DNA of 64,000 nt from a virus. The DNA lies in IMG/VR virus record IMGVR_UViG_3300009182_000042, positions 1 to 64,000 of that record. One strand, written 5' to 3'. Positions 57,644 through 64,000 of the stretch are shown here, one piece after another. Positions within the stretch are counted from its first letter, which is position 1. Each line of letters begins with the position of its first letter. The position numbers and the translations under genes are program-made. The notes beneath the pieces were generated by a model. It did no database searches and was not told where the DNA came from. It saw only the letters and a program-made list of their open reading frames with translations.

Positions 57644-58522
57644 ATGAAAAAAATAACAGAACAACAACTGATACAATCAGCAAGAAGATTACGAACTATC
57701 GTTAGAGAAGCTGATGATGATGCACCAAGTGCAACAGCTGGCCCCAAAGATGATAAACCTATAAACTATGATACGCTTGGCAATTATGTTGGCGGTGCCA
57801 CTGGCACCTTTGCAGTCAGCGCTATCGCCATGCGAAGATATTGGCCTGCCGCGGCAGCATTCATTGAAAAACTTGCTCAGAGAAATATTTGGGGGAAAGC
57901 ATTAAAGTATGTAGCACTACCGACTCTTGGGTGGTTGGTGGGGTCTGGCTACGGAAAAGGTGCTGGAGTAGATGTGGACGATTGGAATCAAACTATTAAA
58001 GATGTGGACCATTCGCTTGGTATATCAGGTATTCCTTTTAAACCAGACTGGATTGCCCCAGAGCTAAACCTAGCCAAATACCAAGGAAAATCTGCACAAA
58101 AAAGCACCAGCTCGGGTGTGTGGGTGGTATTAGATTCGGCGGGCCTTAAAGGAAAAATACCAACTCCAACAGTTGATAGATTGCTGGATTTGAATATAAG
58201 AATACGAGACAGTGCTCAATCGGTAGCATTATCAGAGCAACTGTTGCTTCAAATGGCGCAAGGAAAAACTACTGCGCAGACTCCAAACGGCGGCTGGAAG
58301 ATTACAATAGCTGATCACGTAAATGCATTGTCAAAAGGCAATCCTACTCTGCGAGATCGACTGTATGATGACTATGTGAAAGAGCATCCAGAAGACACAA
58401 CAACAGCAACTAAGAAGGCTACGTTTAAACCAGAGTATAAACCAGCGGCACAGCCGAATGGTCAGCAAAATGATGTTGCTACTCCAGCACCTGTTGTTCA
58501 GGGTTTTCCAGGTAGACAATAA
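57644..58522 (+). CDS. Hypothetical protein with hydrophobic Gly-rich segments
   Basis: SD present; MKKITEQ start; YVGGATGTFAVSAIA and VALPTLGWLVGSG segments. Confidence 0.62.
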   Translation: MKKITEQQLIQSARRLRTIVREADDDAPSATAGPKDDKPINYDTLGNYVGGATGTFAVSAIAMRRYWPAAAAFIEKLAQRNIWGKALKYVALPTLGWLVGSGYGKGAGVDVDDWNQTIKDVDHSLGISGIPFKPDWIAPELNLAKYQGKSAQKSTSSGVWVVLDSAGLKGKIPTPTVDRLLDLNIRIRDSAQSVALSEQLLLQMAQGKTTAQTPNGGWKITIADHVNALSKGNPTLRDRLYDDYVKEHPEDTTTATKKATFKPEYKPAAQPNGQQNDVATPAPVVQGFPGRQ

Positions 58523-58524
58523 GT

Positions 58525-60648
58525 ATGGCAAAACTTTATAAAATAGTTGTGACAAGTGTGGCAGACGGCGGCCACATTCAGACTTATGATAATGTTCAGC
58601 CACCATATCCAGAGCCCGCAGCCGTAAAGGCTGATATTGAAAAAAATTATCCCAAAGCCCGTTGGGTGAAAGGTATCAATATTAATTATGTTGAAATACC
58701 ATCAGGCAATAATCAAGAAACTAATGATAATGGTAGAGCTGCCGAAATTGCTCGACTTGAGGCATTGATACCAGATAGCGAAAAAACTGATCTTGGCGAC
58801 AGAAAGGTCCCGGTGACAGCAGTTAATCCACAGTCAAGTACAAATCCAAAGTCAACATTTAAACGTGGTCTCGCTGAACTTGCATATGAAATAAATCAAG
58901 GTGAGACCTCTATAGAGAAATTGCTGTCACGTTCTAGCACCCGAGGATGGGACGAAGGTGATATAAATCTTCTGGTAAAATACAACCTAATCAAAGACAC
59001 TAGAACCGGGTCCAACAACAGTAGCGCCAGAACTTGGAAACCAGGAACAGTGGGACGTGGCATGTCTGGTGATGAGGTCACGGCCTTACAGACAAATCTA
59101 ATTGCCGGTGGATTTTTAGCTCCACAGAAAAATGGAAAAACGTCTGCTGACGGCAATTTTGGCACAGATACCGAAACCGCAGTAAAGGCGCTTCAGAAAA
59201 AACTAGGGTTTACAGGCGATGCAGTTGATGGTGCATATGGTAAAGATACCAAAAAAGCAGTAGAAGCCAACCCTGCTATATTTAAATCAGCTAGAGAGAA
59301 AGCAATTGACGCACTTGAAGCCAAATTTCCCCAAGGCCAACAGATCTCTACAGGCAAACCACCAAAATTGATTCCTCTAACAACTGTTGCCGACTGGGAC
59401 ACGGTGGAACCAAAACGTACATACGCCCGCATGCTTGCAATATGGGCCTATTCGATAAATCAAGATCTAAAAACAGTGGACGAATTTGCTAAGTCCTGGG
59501 GCGAATCCTCCTTGGAACTGCTTATAAAAAACAACCTGATCGATCCTGCCAAAGACACTAGACAAAAAAAATCTAATACCAGCAGTAATGGTAATACCCT
59601 TCAAATGATAATCGATCCGGCTGAAATTGCTAGACTAAACGGAAATAAAACTCAAGCAGACCAAATTAATAGATTTAGAGAATTAATTGACAAGGCCAGT
59701 ACTGGCGCTCCTATACAAGAAAATCGAGATCCTGCCATATACTTTTTACACAAAATAAAATTGCTTGAAGGTATACTGCATGAAGGGATAACTCCTGCCG
59801 AAGTTCTAGAACTGGAAGATCTAGCCCAAAAATTAGGCCAGCAAGGTGCTGAAAACAATCCAGAATTGGTTAAATTGATTAATGTATATAATGGATTGAA
59901 AGCTAACGGCACTATTGCGGCCAATACTATAAAAGCACCAGCACCACCAGCAGACGGTGCGGCGGCTAGTGCAACTACGGTTGCGGCAAACGGTGCTGCC
60001 GCAACTCAAAGCTCATCGGAAGAAGATCGACGAGCTGAATCTCAAAAATTCGCAGACGAACGAGAAGCAGCCGCCGCTCAAAAATCTGCCATGGCACTTA
60101 TTAGAAGTAGGGTCGTAAGTCGTTATGAAGTACCACCAGGTAAGACTGTGATTGGCAAAGAAGACGGTGTGTTCTATTATGGCGATTCAAACAATAGAGA
60201 TGCTGGTAGTACTGACACCAGCACCGGTAGAGCAATAAGCATGGCCATGTACAAACAAGGAACAAACTTTGTGGACCAGCCACTGAAAGATGCCATTGCC
60301 AAGTGGCCACAGATAAAAATAGTGCAGTATGTCAAACCCGCAGGGCTGGGATTTTGGAAAGGCATGCAGGCCGCACCTACCGGATCTGCAAGTATAAAAG
60401 GGTGGGTAGCCGATGGAAACGGCACGGCTATCGATCTTGGAATTACTGATGCAGACCGCGCTACTGCACCAAAAAATCCAGATAGTTCTGTAAAACTCGG
60501 CGACCCCGGCGCCAAAGTAGATGCAACGACACCACTAAATCCAGATGGTTCTGTAAAATTAAATACATTTTCTAAAGACGTAAAAGAGTCAGTTGGTTTT
60601 CAACCAGACGAATTAAACCGTATAGTAAGTTTAGTGCATTATAGATAA
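58525..60648 (+). CDS. Protein with a peptidoglycan-binding (PG_binding_1-like) domain
   Basis: GMSGDEVTALQ..L...ADGNFG.DTETAVKALQK.LG....VDG.YGKDT. Confidence 0.78.
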   Translation: MAKLYKIVVTSVADGGHIQTYDNVQPPYPEPAAVKADIEKNYPKARWVKGININYVEIPSGNNQETNDNGRAAEIARLEALIPDSEKTDLGDRKVPVTAVNPQSSTNPKSTFKRGLAELAYEINQGETSIEKLLSRSSTRGWDEGDINLLVKYNLIKDTRTGSNNSSARTWKPGTVGRGMSGDEVTALQTNLIAGGFLAPQKNGKTSADGNFGTDTETAVKALQKKLGFTGDAVDGAYGKDTKKAVEANPAIFKSAREKAIDALEAKFPQGQQISTGKPPKLIPLTTVADWDTVEPKRTYARMLAIWAYSINQDLKTVDEFAKSWGESSLELLIKNNLIDPAKDTRQKKSNTSSNGNTLQMIIDPAEIARLNGNKTQADQINRFRELIDKASTGAPIQENRDPAIYFLHKIKLLEGILHEGITPAEVLELEDLAQKLGQQGAENNPELVKLINVYNGLKANGTIAANTIKAPAPPADGAAASATTVAANGAAATQSSSEEDRRAESQKFADEREAAAAQKSAMALIRSRVVSRYEVPPGKTVIGKEDGVFYYGDSNNRDAGSTDTSTGRAISMAMYKQGTNFVDQPLKDAIAKWPQIKIVQYVKPAGLGFWKGMQAAPTGSASIKGWVADGNGTAIDLGITDADRATAPKNPDSSVKLGDPGAKVDATTPLNPDGSVKLNTFSKDVKESVGFQPDELNRIVSLVHYR

Positions 60649-60881
60649 TAAGGAAATATCATGCCAGTAATATTAACATCAGAAGTATCATTCCAAGGAT
60701 TGCAAGCCGCTTTGACGCAAGCAAGGGCGTCTCTTGATAAAGTCTATCAGATATCATCAGCCCTCCAAGCAAGAGCAAGTAAAGCAGAACAAAATACACA
60801 GGCTCCAAGCAGTGTTGATCTTGGAATTACTGATGCAGACCGCGCTACTGCACCAAGAAATCCAGATGGTTCTGTAAAACT
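60433..60881 (+). repeat. 65-bp direct repeat shared by two adjacent genes
   Basis: 60433-60497 and 60817-60881 differ at 2 positions; partial third copy at 60537-60558. Confidence 0.93.
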
Positions 60882-60936
60882 TGAAAGTTTTGAAGAAAGC
60901 ATTGCCGAAATGCGCAGGATCGCTGGACTGAGATAA
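60661..60936 (+). CDS. Small hypothetical protein ending EMRRIAGLR
   Basis: AAGGA SD; contains the duplicated 65-bp segment in frame. Confidence 0.65.
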   Translation: MPVILTSEVSFQGLQAALTQARASLDKVYQISSALQARASKAEQNTQAPSSVDLGITDADRATAPRNPDGSVKLESFEESIAEMRRIAGLR

Positions 60937-60972
60937 TTGAGTAAACCGCTCACATTTAGAGCATAATTTCTC

Positions 60973-61001
60973 TTGCTTTACTAAATAAAAGTGCGTACAA
61001 T
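60973..61001 (+). promoter_or_regulatory. Sigma70-type promoter with a nested late promoter
   Basis: TTGCTT-N17-TACAAT with TAAATA (60982-60987) in the spacer. Confidence 0.68.
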
Positions 61002-61077
61002 AACATGTATGCACTTTTTGTTTTACAGGGTGTAAAACAATATTAGGCAAACAAAGGCATATTTAAGGAGAACAATT

Positions 61078-62049
61078 ATGGCATCTTTGGCTGAAATTAG
61101 AGCAAAACTAAAGGCATCTGAACAACGTGGTTCGGAAAACAAATCCGGTGGGGACAAATCAATTTACCCATTCTGGAATCTAAAAGAAGGCGGCGAATCT
61201 ACACTTAGATTCTTACCAGACGGTAACGCTGACAACACTTTTTTCTGGGTAGAACGTGCAATGATCAAATTGCCATTCGCCGGAATCAAAGGTGAAAGCG
61301 AAAGCAAATCAATCACGGTACAAGTACCCTGCGTGGAAATGTATGGCGACACTTGCCCAATCTTGAGTGAAGTGCGTGGCTGGTTCAAAGACCCTGCACT
61401 GGAAGATATGGGTCGTAAGTACTGGAAAAAACGCAGTTACATTTTCCAAGGTTTCGTCGTTGAAGACGGACTTGGCGAACAAGCAAGTGACATTCCAGAA
61501 AATCCAATCCGCAGATTCATTATTGGTCCACAGATTTTTCAATCAATCCGTGCGGCCTTGGTGGATCCAGAATTGGAAGACTTGCCAACTGACTTGGTGC
61601 ATGGCTTGGACTATCGCATGAAGAAAACTTCCAAAGGCGGCTATGCTGACTACTCAACTTCCAGTTGGGCACGTCGTGAGCGTCCTTTGAGTGATACAGA
61701 AAATGCGGCTGTCAAAACGCATGGTTTGTATAACTTGAATGACTTCTTGCCCAAGAAGCCAGGTGAAGTTGAACTCAAGGTCATGAAAGAAATGTTTGAA
61801 GCAAGTGTTGACGGCGAACCATATGACATGGATCGTTGGGGACAATACTTCAAGCCAGCAGGTATGAGCCAAAATACTGGTGATCCTGTCAAGTCAACTC
61901 CTAAAGCTACAGCACCTGTAGCGCATGACGAAGATGATGCTCCAGTGGCCAAAGCGGCTCCTGCTCCCAAGGCAGCAACTGCACCAGCTGGTGGCGAATC
62001 ACGTGCCGAAGATATCTTGGCCATGATCCGTAATCGTCAAAAAGCATAA
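61078..62049 (+). CDS. gp32: Single-stranded DNA-binding protein (T4 gp32-like)
   Basis: LRFLPD, C.EMYGD.CP, YWKKRSY, GGYADY.TS motifs; Ala/Pro/acidic tail. Confidence 0.9.
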   Translation: MASLAEIRAKLKASEQRGSENKSGGDKSIYPFWNLKEGGESTLRFLPDGNADNTFFWVERAMIKLPFAGIKGESESKSITVQVPCVEMYGDTCPILSEVRGWFKDPALEDMGRKYWKKRSYIFQGFVVEDGLGEQASDIPENPIRRFIIGPQIFQSIRAALVDPELEDLPTDLVHGLDYRMKKTSKGGYADYSTSSWARRERPLSDTENAAVKTHGLYNLNDFLPKKPGEVELKVMKEMFEASVDGEPYDMDRWGQYFKPAGMSQNTGDPVKSTPKATAPVAHDEDDAPVAKAAPAPKAATAPAGGESRAEDILAMIRNRQKA

Positions 62050-62050
62050 T

Positions 62051-62072
62051 GTAAAGGGCTTCGGCCCTTTAC
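62051..62072 (+). terminator. UUCG hairpin / weak terminator
   Basis: GTAAAGGGC-TTCG-GCCCTTTAC. Confidence 0.65.
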
Positions 62073-62095
62073 TCATCATTTAGGAGAATTAACTT

Positions 62096-63154
62096 ATGGC
62101 CACAAAAGCCTTCGATTTATCGAAATTTAGAAAGACCTTGACCAAATCAATTGATGGTCTCGGTGTTGGATTCAACGATCCAACAGATTGGATCAGTACC
62201 GGTAATTATACACTTAACTACTTGATCAGTGGTGACTTCCACAAAGGTATTCCTTTGGGCAAGGTCACTGTGTTTGCTGGTGAGTCGGGTGCAGGTAAAA
62301 GTTTTATCTGTTCAGGCAATCTAGTACGCAACGCACAAGCACAGGGCATCTATGTTATCTTGATTGACACAGAAAATGCACTGGACGAAACATGGCTACA
62401 CGCACTTGGTGTAGACACAAGTGAAGAAAAACTTCTTAAACTCAACATGGCCATGATCGATGATGTGGCTAGAACCATTCATGAATTCATGAAAGAGTAC
62501 AAAGAAATGGCAGAGCGTCCCAAAGTCTTATTTGTCATAGACTCATTGGGTATGTTGCTTACCCCTACTGACATTAACCAGTTCCAGGCTGGTGACATGA
62601 AAGGAGACATGGGCCGTAAACCTAAAGCACTCACAAGTCTTGTTCGCAACTGTGTGAACATGTTTGGCAGTTACAATGTGGGCATGGTATGTACAAACCA
62701 CACCTATGCATCACAAGACATGTTTGATCCGGATGACAAGATCTCGGGCGGACAAGGCTTTGTGTATGCAAGTTCTATCGTTGTTGCCATGAAAAAACTC
62801 AAACTCAAAGAGGATGAGGATGGCAATAAAATAAGCGAGGTAATGGGCATTCGTGCATCATGCAAGATCATGAAGACTCGTTACAGCAAGCCTTTTGAAA
62901 CTGTGCAAATTAAAATTCCATATGAAACTGGTATGAATCCTTATAGCGGCATGGTGGACATGTGCGAGAAGGCAGGCTTGTTGAAACAGGAAGGCAACAG
63001 ACTCAAGTGGATTGATCCAGAGACAGGTGAGGAATTCAAATTCTATCGAAAAGAATGGAAAGATGATAAATTAGATATGATAATGAATAAATTTCATATC
63101 AAAACTTTGACAACAACTACCATTCCTGAGGAGATAGAAGATAATGTTGAATGA
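62096..63154 (+). CDS. uvsX: RecA-like recombinase UvsX
   Basis: AGESGAGKS Walker A, IDTENA, VIDSLG, NHTY, SGGQG. Confidence 0.94.
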   Translation: MATKAFDLSKFRKTLTKSIDGLGVGFNDPTDWISTGNYTLNYLISGDFHKGIPLGKVTVFAGESGAGKSFICSGNLVRNAQAQGIYVILIDTENALDETWLHALGVDTSEEKLLKLNMAMIDDVARTIHEFMKEYKEMAERPKVLFVIDSLGMLLTPTDINQFQAGDMKGDMGRKPKALTSLVRNCVNMFGSYNVGMVCTNHTYASQDMFDPDDKISGGQGFVYASSIVVAMKKLKLKEDEDGNKISEVMGIRASCKIMKTRYSKPFETVQIKIPYETGMNPYSGMVDMCEKAGLLKQEGNRLKWIDPETGEEFKFYRKEWKDDKLDMIMNKFHIKTLTTTTIPEEIEDNVE

Positions 63155-63374
63155 ACAACAAGTCGGTGACATCTGGGTGTTCTTTACCGAATTTATTGAA
63201 AAGAAACAGTTAGAAACTGCGGCAGAGAGATATGTTGATCTACTTGCTGACTTTGGCACAACAGACAGAGTCATGCAAGGTGCGATTGGCATCGATCCGG
63301 TACTAGATCAAGCAATCGAATACTACATGGATGAAGAATCTGACGAAGACGACGTTGACGAATTGGAGTTTTAA
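63144..63374 (+). CDS. Small acidic hypothetical protein
   Basis: 76 aa between uvsX and uvsY, overlapping both. Confidence 0.65.
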   Translation: MLNEQQVGDIWVFFTEFIEKKQLETAAERYVDLLADFGTTDRVMQGAIGIDPVLDQAIEYYMDEESDEDDVDELEF

Positions 63375-63829
63375 TGGGCTGGTATTCTAGTGTAGCTAAA
63401 GACATTTCTAATATACCCGATGCGGCAGAATATTTTGAAACTGAATTACTGGTGGCAAAATCTGAATGTCGTGTTAGTGGCAATATCGAACGTGCCGCGG
63501 CCGCAATGCCCGGTGTGGTTGAACAGAGATTCAGTCAACTACAGGAAATTGAAGCTATATTAGAATATCTCAACATTGAATTACGAAGATTGAAAAGCAG
63601 TCACTTTCGCAAATATCTCGAAAACTATCAACGTGCTCTCAGCAGTAGAGATTGTGAACGCTATGTTGAGGGTGAGTCGGATGTTGTTGACTTTGAAAAA
63701 ATCATCAACGAATTTGCCTTGCTACGCAACAAGTGGTTGAGCATAACCAAGGCACTGGATCAAAAACAATGGATGATTACCAACATTGTTAAATTGCGTG
63801 TTGCAGGCATGGAAGATTCCAGTCTCTAA
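63374..63829 (+). CDS. uvsY: Recombination mediator UvsY-like
   Basis: Helical; KALDQKQWMITNIVKLR C-terminus; next to uvsX. Confidence 0.75.
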   Translation: MGWYSSVAKDISNIPDAAEYFETELLVAKSECRVSGNIERAAAAMPGVVEQRFSQLQEIEAILEYLNIELRRLKSSHFRKYLENYQRALSSRDCERYVEGESDVVDFEKIINEFALLRNKWLSITKALDQKQWMITNIVKLRVAGMEDSSL

Positions 63830-63852
63830 TCAATTCTCCCAAAATCATCACC

Positions 63853-63886
63853 ATAGGCCTTAAATAATACTGAGGCCTATTTTTTT
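63853..63886 (+). terminator. Intrinsic terminator with TAAATA in its loop region
   Basis: ATAGGCCT...AGGCCTAT followed by a T-tract. Confidence 0.75.
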
Positions 63887-63894
63887 CTAACCGG

Positions 63895-63923
63895 TTGACC
63901 TTTGAAAATAGTAAGCGTATACT
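63895..63923 (+). promoter_or_regulatory. Sigma70-type promoter
   Basis: TTGACC-N17-TATACT, the same hexamers as at 43994. Confidence 0.75.
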
Positions 63924-63930
63924 TAAACAT

Positions 63931-64000
63931 ATGAACGTAGATCAGTTATTATATAAAATTATCAAAGAAGAGGAAGTGTACACTCGGGCCAATCTTAACA
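63931..64000 (+). CDS. Start of a hypothetical protein (3'-truncated)
   Basis: ATG 7 nt after the -10 box; open to the window end (MNVDQLLYKIIKEEE...). Confidence 0.5.
   Translation, partial: MNVDQLLYKIIKEEEVYTRANLN

Noticed and set aside
626-63483. Many short antisense or alternate-frame ORFs in the track (e.g. 1355-1690, 10043-10393, 11333-11806, 34860-35300, 61650-62024)
   Set aside because: They lie inside well-supported genes, lack SDs or promoters, and are the Val/Pro-rich shadows expected opposite Thr/Gly-rich codons.
1-64000. Stop-codon recoding, tRNAs, inteins
   Set aside because: Core genes are full length in the standard code with TAA, TGA and TAG all used as stops; no tRNA cloverleaf noticed in the short gaps; terminase and UvsX are normal length.

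Overview
This window is part of a large T4-like (Tevenvirinae-like/jumbo) myophage genome and covers most of the virion morphogenesis region. It holds the prohead protease (5'-truncated), scaffold and major capsid genes; about 32 kb of Thr/Ser/Gly-rich fibre and structural genes, including paralogous 2698- and 4114-aa proteins; neck, tail-terminator, sheath and tube genes; terminase; a cluster of probable internal head proteins; and the start of the recombination block (gp32, UvsX, UvsY). The main finding lies directly after an S74-chaperone tail fibre. It is a RiPP-like cassette: a 173-aa protein whose last 67 residues hold 17 Cys, mostly as Asn-Cys; a radical SAM/SPASM enzyme; an unknown protein with an Ig-like C-terminus; and a degenerate flavin-dependent halogenase-like enzyme. 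I infer that it post-translationally modifies a fibre-tip protein. Also seen: a TAAATA late promoter often 4-5 nt before an ATG with no Shine-Dalgarno (probable leaderless mRNAs), structured leaders, a shared (R/K)(K/R)(L/I)AGL motif in the scaffold and probable head cargo proteins, and module shuffling among fibres. All calls come from motif recognition by eye; no searches were run.
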